A DNA stretch of 30,195 bases. Source: Hysterium pulicare CBS 123377. Taxonomy: Eukaryota. Below are positions 11,811 through 23,337 of this stretch, one piece after another. The stretch's first letter is position 1. Every line of letters begins with the position of its first letter. The notes under the pieces are model-generated. The model had not been told where the DNA came from, did not search any database, and saw only the letters and a list, made by a program, of their open reading frames with translations. The stretch lies in NCBI GenBank assembly GCA_000467715.1, contig AJFK01000728.1, positions 62,001-92,195 on the forward strand, given 5' to 3'. Position numbers and translations under genes: made by a program.

Positions 11811-12260
11811 ATGAACCCCTTCACCTCCTCCTCCACCTCCAACCCCACAAACCCCTCCTCCCTCGATAAACTCGGCTCAGGCTCCGAAGTCGACCGCTAC
11901 GGATCGCACTTCGGTCTCGACAGCGACAAAGTGAAAGCCGCAACAACAGAGCTGCTACAAAAACAAGGAAGCGGGGCGGAGCAGGATGTGCATGGGAAGA
12001 ACTTCGGGCTTGAGGGCAAGAATTTTGGACTCGGGCAAGATGGGTTGGATAGAGCGAAGGAGAAGGCGCTGGGGGTGAAGGGTGTGGGGGCTGAACAGGT
12101 GAATTCTGGGTTTTTTTGCTTGGATGAATGAGTGCTAATGTGATATATGCAGGATCGCTACGGGGCGCATTTCTCGTTACCCGATGGCACGGCTGCGAAG
12201 GCGAAGGAGAAGTTGAATGAGAGCGTGCAGGCGAATCAAGGTGTTGAACACATGGGTTGA
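11811..12260 (+). CDS. Small Gly-rich hydrophilic repeat protein (131 aa), hydrophilin/LEA-like
   Basis: Exons 11811-12098 and 12153-12260; intron 12099-12152 (GTGAAT..GCTAAT..CAG). Splicing completes a third repeat: GSGSEVDRYGSHFGL / GSGAEQDVHGKNFGL / GVGAEQ|DRYGAHFSL. Confidence 0.82.
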
Positions 12261-12651
12261 AGGGTAAAATCAGAAGGTGTGCATCGTGGGACGGGAGCAA
12301 AGTACTTTGAACGTCAGGCAGGGGGATTCCGATTCTTCCCCGAAAAGACGGAGCGACCATTCCGCCTTGTATTATAACAACAATACTCAAAATCTAAGAT
12401 TCGAGAATGTTAAAGTATTTTTGCAAACTTCGATCGCAAGGTGTGTGTATAGAGGATGTCGTTATTTGTGCTAACTGAGTATTCGAAAGAAACACGACTA
12501 CTTGTGGTTGGATGATGATTTCGACTTACCATCCATCCAAACATTCATTCTGGCTCTCCACAGGCTCTAAAGACCAGTTTAAATATCTCTTTATTACCAT
12601 AATCTTAATTAGTAACTATACAAAAGATCCAATGGGCCACATAGAAACAAA

Positions 12652-13596
12652 CTAGGCCTTCTTCACCATCAACAACACCCCCCTCAAACTCGCCTTAGCC
12701 ACCACCTTACCTTCCTCCACGCCCGCCTCGTGCGATAGCCTTACAATCTCCCCAACCATTCTCTTCACAACATCGCGCTCGGTTCCAACATCATCCGGAT
12801 GTGCTTCACGCCACCGATGAACAGGACTCGCAGTACTCATCATCTTCTCCGCCATATCTAAATCAACCGTCATCTCACCACCGGCAAAGAACTCGTCGCT
12901 GTTATCGGGGCCCCACTCTTTGCGGAACAAGTCTTGCTCATCGAACTCAGCGACAGGCGATGCCAGCGTCCACGGCATCGGCAGATCAACGTACAAGCCC
13001 CGTGTTAGCCAGTTCCCGGGCTCGAAGAAAGGCCTCAGCTCACGCTCCTCGATTTCGTCCAGGGCAGCTTGGATGGCGTCTGCGTTGGGCATAGAGGGGT
13101 GCATGCGTGCTGAGCCGGTCGTCCATATTGCGACGGTGCCGCCTGGCTTCAATACCCGCGCGGCTTGCGGCCAGAACCGCACCATGTCGAACCAATGCGC
13201 AGCCGTTGAAGCAGTGAGAAGATCGACGCTAGAATCCCCAACCGGCGGCGAGAGATGCGACCCGAGATCTTCAGCCGTTGCAACCTCAAAACGAATAGGC
13301 TCGGATGTGGATGAGGCGCCTGCCAAAGAACGGGCGCTATCGATCATTCCCTCGGACGGGTCGAGGCCGGTAGCGTGGGCGAAGTGCGGTGCGAGGGCGC
13401 GGACCGCGGTGCCTGGACCGCAGCCGACATCAAGGAGTGTGTTGAGATGGCCGCCTGTGGAAGTGTGGTGGTCTATGATGGTTTTGTATAGATTTGGATG
13501 GTAGCCACGGCGGTTTTGCGCGTAGGCCGTGCCTTGCTCTTGGGTGTAGGATTTGAAAGTCTTTTCGGCTGAGACAGCTGGGCTTGGATTCGACAT
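12652..13596 (-). CDS. Class I SAM-dependent methyltransferase (trans-aconitate 3-methyltransferase-like), 314 aa
   Basis: Motif I LLDVGCGPG, GLDPSEGMI, DLLTASTAAHWFD, ARVLKPGGTVAIW; intronless ORF. Confidence 0.93.
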   Translation of the reverse strand: MSNPSPAVSAEKTFKSYTQEQGTAYAQNRRGYHPNLYKTIIDHHTSTGGHLNTLLDVGCGPGTAVRALAPHFAHATGLDPSEGMIDSARSLAGASSTSEPIRFEVATAEDLGSHLSPPVGDSSVDLLTASTAAHWFDMVRFWPQAARVLKPGGTVAIWTTGSARMHPSMPNADAIQAALDEIEERELRPFFEPGNWLTRGLYVDLPMPWTLASPVAEFDEQDLFRKEWGPDNSDEFFAGGEMTVDLDMAEKMMSTASPVHRWREAHPDDVGTERDVVKRMVGEIVRLSHEAGVEEGKVVAKASLRGVLLMVKKA

Positions 13597-13879
13597 GGTG
13601 ATTCTAGCTTGGTTACCAGGAACTGGGGCCTTATCTGCGATGTGGTTTGGACGTTGAGTTTGAGGAAAGAAGGTTTCAGCTTCCTTAGCCTGCCTTGCCT
13701 TCCAATTGCTTTAAGAATGGCGGAATGGTGGAATACCTGCGCCAAGATAACTCCCGGTGATCTTGTTATTATATGAAGTTGGGTTCGTATTCTTCGCATT
13801 TCCCGGATTCAAGTGCGGAGCTCGGGAGTCGGCAACCGTAGCTCCCGTAACAATCCTGGCAACGTTAGTCACGTGAATA

Positions 13880-15200
13880 ATGCGATTAACGTTAATAAGT
13901 AGGTTTGCTATTTAGTCAGTCTTTTATAAAGTAGATGTAAAGTGAGAAGACCGTTATGTGATGTTGAAAACAAAACATTATTTCAAGAAGAAAATCTTTG
14001 ATACTTTCGAAATTTAGGGAATTCTGCGAAGAAGCATTATGCACATGAAAAGAACCTCAATTTGAAAAGTGTAAGGTTTGTCTTCGAAGATTTATCCTGG
14101 AAAGAAATCTTTGTTTTAGAGTTTTTCCATTGCTTGAAATCGTTTAAAAATGCAAGCTTCTACAAAAAGAATTCTTTATTCGTGATGAATAAAATCTACA
14201 CTTTATCATTACAACTACGCTAAACTGCTCTTAAACAGTACTTTTATTATAACTCTCAAATTTTTTACCTTTATAATCGAAGACCTTACCCGTCTAATGG
14301 AAATTTTATCTTCAGGTCAAGTAAAGTCAACACGTGTTCTATAGAGGTGATACTCCTAATAGGAAAAAGACTTCTTCTCTTATTTCAGCTAAGCCCCAAA
14401 GGTGTATTGTCTTCTTTTTGATTATCGAAACTCGCGGATTTAGGTAGAAGTGCTATCTCTAAGTCAGAAAGTCGATTTGGGTGAATAAAGGTTAACACGC
14501 AATGTCATATAGGTGATGTTTTAATGATGAGATCTTTTAATCCCACATTCAGCGATTTTAGAATCCACTTAAAGGCTGAGTGTCTAAGCTGCATACTCTT
14601 TTCTCTGCTTCTAGAGTCTTACTGATCCTTTAAGGTAGAAAGTCCCTTTGAGGCTTCCTGAAGTTGCGATTAGTAGATTGTGCTTAAGTCCGTACATCGC
14701 AGGAGTGAGGATCGGAGTATCCTTCTATACTAAGGCCGTACACTAATTACCGTAGACAAATGAAATTACATGTCGGTCTCACCAATCCGTATGCGATTGT
14801 GCAACACTATATCGGATTGCTGGAAGTAGGAGAGTTCTTCATTAGTGGTTGTTAGGCTTTTTCGGTATTCCTTTTGCACTTCTATAGTTTAGATTTTCCC
14901 TTAGACGTCCTCTATAAAATCCAAACTCAAATTCAGTTTATTCACTTCGCATACTTCTCTGATACGTGAAATTTGAGAGAATATTGAGGTTAATAACACG
15001 ATTGAGGGTCCTCCCGCGGCTGCTTCCATTTCAGTCTTCCTTCACTTGCATATGTCATATTTTCTGAGTACCTTGGGTTTCTAAACTGCCTTATATTTCC
15101 GATTTCCTTAGCTTTGAGTAGAGCTTAGGCCGCATTCTACTTACCTCTTACATAATTCAGATCATCAGCAGGAGGCATAAAATAGCTATATCGCTTTAGG
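13880..15200. other. AT-rich degraded sequence, probably a RIP-mutated gene or element relic
   Basis: Sharp drop in GC by eye and no ORF of 60 aa or more in the track. Minus-strand frames give protein-like stretches broken by TAA/TAG. No recognisable transposase motif. Confidence 0.5.
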
Positions 15201-15551
15201 TTCGGCTCGAGCACGTTTGCGAAGGACCAGTTTGTCGGGGCTCAACGTCATCTCTTATTTCAAGATGCCCACCGTTCCCCTGGCCATATCGAGATTTGGG
15301 ATCCCCATCAAGTGGCTTTCACAGCCGTGTGTAGAGTCGGTTTGTACATATAAGCACCGTGCTTGCCGAAAAGAGCTAATTTTACGGCAGAGTGCCCGCA
15401 TCACCACACAACGCTTTAACCAAACTTTTTCGGAGACCAGCACTATACAAGCTGCTTAAACCTTATTTGCACATCAATGTTTTCAAACGTGGGTTTCTGG
15501 AATTTCTTTGACTAAGCGGCTAACGACTGATCCAAATGCTCCGTTAGGTAT

Positions 15552-16397
15552 TCACAGCTTACAAGTCTGACTACCACAATTCGTCATCGTGTGCACATAT
15601 CGCAGCTTTCCTCCCTCAAGTCGGAACTCATGGCTATCCGCCGCCATCATCATATGCTCCCAGACGCAAAATATGCTCACCGACCCCATCGACTCGTCAA
15701 TCACATATCGTCGATGCGTATTCGGCGCCTGGCTATGGTTCGATGGAATCCCAGGCTTGCACGAATCGTCGGGCTTGCCCTTTCCCGTGTACGCAGATCC
15801 CTCGAGCCGAGTGCAAGGTGTGCCCCACGGGACTGCATTGGCAGCGGTTGCGTTGCTCCACATGTCGAGATATGCGTCCCCAGCCGCCTGAATCGTGGCA
15901 CGGCTGTCACGCTTGGTTTCTGGGATGGTGGTCCAGTTTTCCTGCAGGACGTATTGGAGCGTCTTCTTGGCATCGAAGAGCCATGCATTTGTGGTTGAAG
16001 CGATCGAGTCGATCGAGTAGATTTTCAGGTCCGAGTTTTGGTGTATCTGGGTTCCAATTACGTATGGATTGGATGCGTCTGCGATGACTAGCTCGGTGTA
16101 GGTCGCGCAGGTCGTCATATCGACATTAGTTCGGCGGTGATCGATTTTTAGAGCCTTGCTCAAGACTCCTTTTTTAGGATCCGTCTCCTTGTTATTCTCT
16201 GTATATGTCCAGTTTCCTGCCAGCTCCTTCTGCAGTAGATCTAGCTGGCCTGCCGTTTGAGCTGCAACATAAGCGTCGGTCGCTTCCAGGAGAGCCGTAC
16301 GATTGCATTCTAAGTCGGCCGTGGCTATTGGGACGGCCAGCACGACTGAAGCAATGACACTGAAAGCCGCCCAGCTTCTCAGACCGAAAACTGTCAT
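15552..16397 (-). CDS. Secreted protein of an uncharacterised fungal family (DUF8021-type), 281 aa
   Basis: ATG at 16397 and signal peptide MTVFGLRSWAAFSVIASVVLA. Motifs CATYTE, PYVIGTQ, WLFDA, AGDAYLD, CTRLEGSAYTG, RRYVIDE and DSHEFRLEGGKLRYVHTMT. Confidence 0.85.
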   Translation of the reverse strand: MTVFGLRSWAAFSVIASVVLAVPIATADLECNRTALLEATDAYVAAQTAGQLDLLQKELAGNWTYTENNKETDPKKGVLSKALKIDHRRTNVDMTTCATYTELVIADASNPYVIGTQIHQNSDLKIYSIDSIASTTNAWLFDAKKTLQYVLQENWTTIPETKRDSRATIQAAGDAYLDMWSNATAANAVPWGTPCTRLEGSAYTGKGKPDDSCKPGIPSNHSQAPNTHRRYVIDESMGSVSIFCVWEHMMMAADSHEFRLEGGKLRYVHTMTNCGSQTCKL

Positions 16398-18229
16398 CTC
16401 GAATGATCTTAACAAGAAGCCTAGAATGATTTGGGAGACTTGAGACTTAACGTAGCGGCTACTAATAGCGAAGGTTCATTAATACCAAGGGTAGAATGGC
16501 AGCGACCCAGCGTTCCTAAATAGATAATCCCTTTCTCGAATTGATCCATTAGAGCCACCATGTCGCCAACTCAGCGGTAGTGGAACTATATGATTAGAGA
16601 AAGTGCCGTAGTGAAATATGGGCGTATCTAATTTATATATACGCATGTGGGGTTGATGTTTTGCCGGCTCAATGCAGTCTAAGAATTGCCGGCGCAATCT
16701 TGTTGGATAAACTTGAGATTAGGCAATGCGACATAATATGTCCCTGGAAGATATGCGATTGGTGCAGGGATTTAGATTAGTGGAGGAACTCCAATGTACA
16801 AAGCTAGGTTAAACCTACCGAGAGCTATACAAAAATAGTACAATCATGGAGTGATGGTCTCATAGAATTACTTTCCTCAACATCGCAGGCTTGAGTTACA
16901 TTTCGATCGGCCCCGATTTTGATGTTTACTTTCAGGCCAAAAGAATGTAATTGTAATGGCCGAAAACTCCGAAGTAAAGCACATATCGCAACTCTTCTCT
17001 TTCTCCAATTTTTGTGTAACCAACGCTCTAATTTTTTACCCAATGACCTGCTGGTTTTCCGGTCGATCGCGCATGCAAACTGCGGGACTGTTGCCAATGA
17101 AAATGAGTTCGATGTTCGCTGAAGATTCGCCGACAAAATTAACAAGTCAGGTTTAAGGCGCTGCTAAATAAAACTCGATAGCGTATGTGTAGCTGGATCA
17201 ACCTGTGTATCGTTCATCGTCGTGCAATCAATACCCTACGACCAGGCCTTCAAAGGTAAGTTGTACCTTTTCCGCTACTTTCTGAATCCTACTCTGGAGG
17301 GCAACTTGCTTTAATTCTTTGTCCAGAGTCCAAATTACCTTTTTAGGCTGATAGTAGAGAAGTTAGCAGACGCAGACACATCCTCCGGAATCGGAAAGTT
17401 ATGTCACTCGTGTGGATGGATAGGAGAAGTGTTGGTTTTCTATCTACCTAGTTGCTGATCAAACCAGATTCTACATTCCTTGGAGGAGAAGTAGTAGTTG
17501 TCTGTCCGGGAAGTAAGGAAGAACCGTCCATATCGAGACCTGATGACACGCAGGCTTGGTGATGCTCCGAACTGACGAGCAACATAATTTACTTGAGGCT
17601 GGTAGGTATGTCGTTCCCCTAATCGAAGGGGGAATAATATTCTCCCTTTCAGCTGAGCTAGAATAAGAGATTGGTGAGTGAGAGTCAATTAGGTTCGGAA
17701 ACAGCTCGGTCGAGAAGTCCTTAAGGTTTGAAACGCTCGAAACACTTGTCAGTCGAGGTCGTAAGGTGATCTTAAAGAGAACAGATGTGCAAATCGATAT
17801 TTGTGGCAAGGGTGGTGTCGAAGGCACGCGTCGAAGTCCCGGAGAAAATAGAGTGATGCTTGCACGTGATCTTCTCCAGTTCCCAAATCGTTCCAATAGA
17901 CTGGTAAAGTGCATCGCCTCTAGAGAAAAAGACTCCCATGTTTTTTAAGTTTCATGATTCCAAGGTTCGTGGGTGGAGTCACACTTTCCCGATCAAAACC
18001 ATGGTTCGCATTGCGCGTTAGCAGTATCGTGGCACAGCGTATTCTGAGTCACACCCATCGAGGACCAACCCTGGAACCATTGCGTCGGAATGTATTTGGA
18101 AAAGTTTATATTATAACATTTTCAAAGAAAATAATGTAAATCTTAAGAACTTTAACTCGTTAGCCCCTATTTTCGATCCAAGTTTTCTTTCGTGAAGTTG
18201 ATGCGAATCAAGGTTCGGGCCTTGGAGAT

Positions 18230-18287
18230 AGTTGATCTAGTGCAAAGGCTGATCTAACAGTGAGCGAAAGTTGATCCAGTGCAAAGG
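18230..18287 (+). repeat. 19-bp direct repeat in the promoter of the 70-aa gene
   Basis: AGTTGATCTAGTGCAAAGG at 18230-18248 and AGTTGATCCAGTGCAAAGG at 18269-18287 (1 mismatch), just upstream of a TATATA at about 18297. Confidence 0.8.
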
Positions 18288-18498
18288 TGCTTCGAGTATA
18301 TAGGCCCTGCCTCCTCTATCACTCTTTGACATCCACTACACTTTCCAAGCATCGCATTTTCCAGTCCAGCCAAAATCCCACTGCCTCCAAAGAGTTCTAT
18401 ACTCTTCTGCACTCCACCACAGACTACGCTGCCATACTCATCTCCACATCACCACATACACTACTATACTCTCTCCCACACCACATCTCACCAGCACG

Positions 18499-18771
18499 AT
18501 GTGCGGCTGTTTCTCCGCGCTCTTTGGTAGCAAGCCATATAAATCGCAACCCAGTAAGTACTCAACCCAGCCTGTCATGGTACGGAAAATGTCATGCTAA
18601 CCCTTCCCTTCAGCCGTCACAGATAAGCGCGGATATACCCCCAAGAACAACAACAACAACAAGTACATGATGTCCGGTGCGGCTCCCGTTGGTAAGCCTG
18701 CCAAGGTCAAGACCAACCGCAGACGCCTGGTCCTCTCTACCGACTCTCCCCAGAACTCCTCCTGGTGGTAG
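18499..18771 (+). CDS. 70-aa basic microprotein with N-terminal Cys pair; absent from ORF track
   Basis: Exons 18499-18553 and 18614-18771; canonical intron GTAAGT..GCTAAC..CAG. Product MCGCFSALFGSKPYKSQPTVTDKRGYTPKNNNNNKYMMSGAAPVGKPAKVKTNRRRLVLSTDSPQNSSWW*. TATA box, pyrimidine-rich leader and C-ending codon bias support it. Confidence 0.72.
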
Positions 18772-19066
18772 GCGTCTTGCACCCATCAAAGGCGTTGCGT
18801 GGTCGGTACCACTCGAGCACGGGAAAGTACTCGGTCTCGGTCTCGTTGGATAGTGCGGTTCCTGTGGTGGATGTTAATTGAGGGGTTTCTTATTTTCTTT
18901 TCCTTTTTTGGACGTGGTCAAGGGTGGCTCGTAAAGAGGGAAGGGAATTGATATGATCGTTGTCTGGTATTTGCGTGGGATTTGTCTAGTGTCTCAATCA
19001 GCGTTGTTGTTTCCTTTAGCGGAAGGTGCTTTTCCAAGGTATTTTTCGAGTATAAGTTGTTTGAGA

Positions 19067-19906
19067 TCAACTACAACTCTCTCCACACTTGACCTGGTAG
19101 TGCAGATCTAATAGTAAACCGATCTCTTCTCGCTTTGGACTCTCAAAACAGGCAAGACGGTCGAGGCCGTCAAATAGTGTGACCAAGATTGAACTCGATT
19201 ACACAAGCCGGCTGAACGTAGAATATAATTCACAATGTACAGGTATGGCGTTAGTAAACTTTCCACAGCCACTCGAGGACATTACTATTGACTTTTGGGA
19301 AGAAGAGTAGCTTGATTTCTATAGGCATGTGTTTAATAACTGCAGCGCTCCGAGAATGAAGGCGTGCCGGAGTAGCGTATCTTGTTCGTAGTTAACTCGC
19401 GCTCTCGCCTCACCACCTGCTGTCTTCTCGTTAGTTCTATTAACAATACTTCTGCAACGCTCTTACCTATCTAGATTGACCGTCATTCCTCTTCACCAAC
19501 CAAACTGTTGAGCGCGTGGATGCGTCCGTACCTCAAGTACATTCTCTTCATGATCTTGTTCGACTCCAACCCCGCGTTACCCGAGAGGTGTCCCTGAATC
19601 TGCTCCACGGTCTTGTTGCTCTTCTCGGCAGCTTTGCGGTTCGCCTTCAAGACGGACTTTTGATTCTTTGAGGCCTCGACTTGCTGACGTAGGCGGTCTC
19701 GCTCCTCTTGCTCGGGCGCCTTGAACGTTTGATCTCCTCCGCCTGTGAACTGCTGCGACTGTTCCTTGAGAGTCACCGTCTCAGGGTCCTTCATTATGGA
19801 ACTTAGTACATATTAAATGTAGTTGGGGTTTAATGCGTACCTTAGAGTCTTCCGTGAGGTTATGGAATCCGTAGTCAGTAGTGCCTAAGCGCTGAGAGCC
19901 CGTCAT
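19067..19906 (-). pseudogene. Orphan coiled-coil 'TDYG' gene, about four exons, with nonsense mutations
   Basis: ATG 19906, exon 19906-19841, intron 19840-19789, then ORF to TGA at 19483. The frame continues past TGA and TAG and across further introns (GTAAGA..CTAAC..CAG near 19446-19400) with more TAG/TAA stops, each one C-to-T change from a sense codon. Confidence 0.6.
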
Positions 19907-20283
19907 ACTGAAATGTTCGGACGGTGGAAACTGCTGGGTTCAGACAGTCACGATGATGTGCCTGTCGATGTGTGAATGAGGCTGTGTCGTGTTCGGAACG
20001 GTATGAGGTTAAAGGTGTGGGTTTGGAAGATTCAATGGGTGTTTGCATGTTGAGGTTTCAAGGTGGGTTCCCTCCGGAAGCTTATTTGCGTGTCACGTGG
20101 GTTCGCGTAGGCGTGAGCCCGCACCGTGCGGGACAACCTTCCGTTTCCAAAGCGTACCTTTGGCCCAGTGAAGAAGATGGTTTCGTTTAATTCACTTGAG
20201 TTGTACGTTACCTCACTTCTACTTCCTCACCTTTCACCTTTCTACTATTTCAATCTACCGCGAGGACTACGTCTTTCCATCTT

Positions 20284-20369
20284 GACCGTCCACCGCCGCG
20301 ACGACTATATCTGTTCACTCCGACCGTCCACCTCCACGACGACTACATCTGTTCACTCCGACCGTCCAC
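20284..20369 (+). repeat. 38-bp tandem duplication (about 2.3 copies) in the leader of the 20385 gene
   Basis: Units 20284-20321 and 20322-20359 differ at 3 positions; a partial third unit is at 20360-20369. Confidence 0.9.
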
Positions 20370-20384
20370 ATCGCAGCCGCTAAC

Positions 20385-21677
20385 ATGGAAGATGCTGGAG
20401 CGAGTAGCCCCATACCTAATATGCGTTCGACTGAACGACGGTACTGCGGTTTGACGGCGACTGGTCAACAAATATGGGCGACCGTCCTCCCGAAGAGGAA
20501 TGGGGCGGATGCTACAGCTTGGTATGCGGAACCGGGAAAGAACGCCGCTCATGTGCCCATCAAAGGGAACCCGATCGTTACGTGGGCATCTTGGTTTACT
20601 GGACACAATATGACTCATCGTAAAGCCATGGCTTTGGTCAAGACCGGAGGGCAAGAGATTTTTAGGTCCGATAACCCTCTTAGCACGGCCCTCGGGCAAG
20701 CGGTCGCCATGAACACCGGAAACGAGCTGGTCCGTCGTGAAGAAGAGCCTGGCGGTGTTAATAAACTTTCGAAAGGAGACTCAGACACGGATGTTTCAGC
20801 TGCGAAGAAGGCGGGAGGGAAGGGCAAGGAGAAAGAAGAGACGGTCGATTTGGGTGACGCGGAAGCATTGGAGCGCTGCAAAGCTCGTTTCTACAACTGT
20901 GATGTCAACATGCGGGAGGACGAGATGATATTGCTCCAGCATTACATTCAGACCAGCACGGGGCTTCGCGAACTTCCGCCAATCTCGCTACTCCATAGCA
21001 TGCGAGCATGGTTGACCGATGTCGGACCGAAGTTTGGCTTCAGTGCGTTCGAGTCGCCAGACTGGATTGCCTATATCGTCGGAACTAATCAAGCGGATGA
21101 CACCATTGAGGATTCGTTCTACGAAGAGCAGGAGGGCCATTCGGGTCTTAGGCCGTCGGTGGAAATATCAGAGGGAGGAGAGGTTAGTGAACTGTTGACG
21201 GCTGAGCCAAACATCACGGCTGAGCCAAACTCCACGACTGAGCCAAACTCCACGACTGAGGCTCCATCAAGCATGATGGAGGAGATTATCGCACTTCGCG
21301 CCCAAAACGAGCAGCTTGCGGTGGAAATTGGGTAAGAAGAGCGTTTGCTGCATGAAGCTCTCAACCATCCTGTGAGAGAACGGAACTCCCCCGCGTGGAA
21401 ACTTGTGGAAGAGTACCTTCAGATGGAAGGTTTCCTGGCAAAATCGAGAGTGAGTTGGGTGTATTCATCGACCGGGACAGTCCTACTAATGAGCATACAG
21501 ATAGCGTCACAAAAGATGATCGACGGCATCAAATCCGACGAGAACGAGCTAGACACGATCCTAGCTCCAATCCGCAAGATGCTGGAAGGCCGGTCCCGTA
21601 CCTATGGAGCTTACGAAGGTTGGATGGATATCAAGGGAGATGGAGATGGAGGGTCGAATGACTGCGACAAAAAGTGA
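20385..21677 (+). pseudogene. Orphan protein gene of about 430 codons split by one in-frame TAA (or a truncated 316-aa allele)
   Basis: ORFs 20385-21335 and 21345-21677 share a frame; TAA at 21333-21335 interrupts a coiled-coil-like run (LRAQNEQLAVEIG*EERLLHEAL). Includes an 18-nt tandem repeat at 21198-21260. Confidence 0.6.
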
Positions 21678-22059
21678 GGCCTTGGGGCTTGCTAAAATGA
21701 CTGTCTGTTGGGGAAGGCAGTGACGATGCAGATAGTATGGCTGGTAGATTCAATATGCTCACGGTTAAGGACTCTGCACGTGTACATGGTAGCGTCCACC
21801 AAGAACATTCTGTGGTGATAGCATCAATAGCAAGCAATGAAACAGATTCCCATGATTTCCCAAGCCATGTTACATTCGAGAACGCATCTTCCTATTAAAA
21901 GCATTCTGTCACATAATCGTAGTGCCTCCATTTGTTAATAGTATTCCATAACAAGGCATCAGTGCCATTTTACAGTCACTAGTATAGAATAGAACAATAG
22001 GAAAGCCAAATTATATTTGAATATCTACCTTCTTTCCTAAGTACGCAAAACCAGAGGTT

Positions 22060-22615
22060 ACTTCTATGAGGCTAGTTAGCAGGGTTCCAAGCTGTGAACT
22101 GGATTTCTAGCTTTTCGCAGAAGCCAAATGCCCTATGTGCCACGCTGACAACTTGGTAGGTTGAGGCTCACAGATGTTACCTTTACCTTATCTTCTTAAG
22201 CTAAGAAGATAATATTAATAATAAACTAAAGAATTAGTTCTAAAATTTATATTTTCTATTTATCTTTTACTATAAGTACTTATAACAGGGCTTCTATCCT
22301 ATAGATCGGCCGGCAGGGTTCAAAGAGGCGAACTGGATTTCAGCCACGATGCAGAGGCCAAATACTTCATGTACCCTGCCGACAACTTGATATGTTTCGT
22401 TCTGCAGACTCCGCCTCTACAGCTTTTACTAAAGCTAAGCAAGGTGTGTAGGCTATAATATATAGATTAAATGTTAGAACTCTCTTTTTCTATTTAAGTT
22501 TTACTCTAGCTAGCTATAATAAGACTCCTGTCCTAATGACTAGCTAATAGGGTTCCAAGATGCGAACTGGCTTTCAACCTTGATGCAAAGGCCAAACGTT
22601 CCATGCGAAACGACT
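22060..22615. repeat. Degenerate 234-bp tandem repeat (three copies of the core block) in a TpA-rich relic
   Basis: AGGGTTC.AAG..G.GAACTGG.TTTC...GCA.A.GCCAAA starts at 22081, 22315 and 22549, an exact 234-bp period. Confidence 0.9.
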
Positions 22616-23337
22616 TCAACGTGAAATCCCCCGTGTGTACATTGGCGGCATAAGTTGTCTGAGCTTGCTGAGCTGAGTCTTTAGAAGTGTTTGTATGTAC
22701 ACATGACTTTAGATTACTAAGAATTGGGAATTAAGTTTTCGGAATAACCTTACATTAGTGGACAATCTAAAGAGGAGAGTAATCTTTGTAATTAAGAAAT
22801 GCCTTAGAGTCTGCTGTGAGTGAGCCTGTATTTACTGTTGTTAAAATTAGAAACACCTTGAAGAATCCTGCCGCAGTCCACAATATAACTTGCTATCCAG
22901 CATTGGCGCGCCTGTCCTTGAAGTTGCCGCGTAGCTTCGATACTTCAAGAACTCTATTTGATTAATACGGTAGTATGCAGATGTACAGATAGGATAGTGT
23001 CTGGTCTATCGCGATACCGCTAATAAAAGATAGCGACCGTTTGAGAATATAAAGTCCTTAGTCCGCCACTTGGTTAGTCTACCAATTACCAAGCTAGCCA
23101 CTTAATTCCTCCCACTTATCAACGTTATTCATTACCAAACCTTACTCTCAACCACGTATGAACTCACTTAACGCACTAAGAACTAACTTTACTTCAATAA
23201 TCGAGGCCAGCTTCTCTTTATCTCTTCAATTTGGCTTAAAAGTTAGGCTATCCACAGTACAATCGCCGTTAACATTTAGACGACTACAACGTTAAAGACA
23301 TCACAACATCTAAATTGCCTTCTATCCACAACGCATA

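Noticed and set aside
12801..13504. Plus-strand ORFs overlapping the methyltransferase (likewise those over 15552-16397 and the permease)
   Set aside because: Antisense shadows of GC-rich coding sequence.
16825..17914. Minus-strand ORF fragments, possibly related to the 13.9-15.2 kb relic
   Set aside because: Only a few shared residues (e.g. SDI), not distinguishable from chance.
22060..22615. LysM reading of the 234-bp repeats (QFxxWNP in one minus frame) or a CRISPR-like array
   Set aside because: LysM spacing and the GDxC motif do not fit and synonymous-type changes favour another frame. The host is a eukaryote, the intervening segments are homologous to each other, and there are no cas genes.
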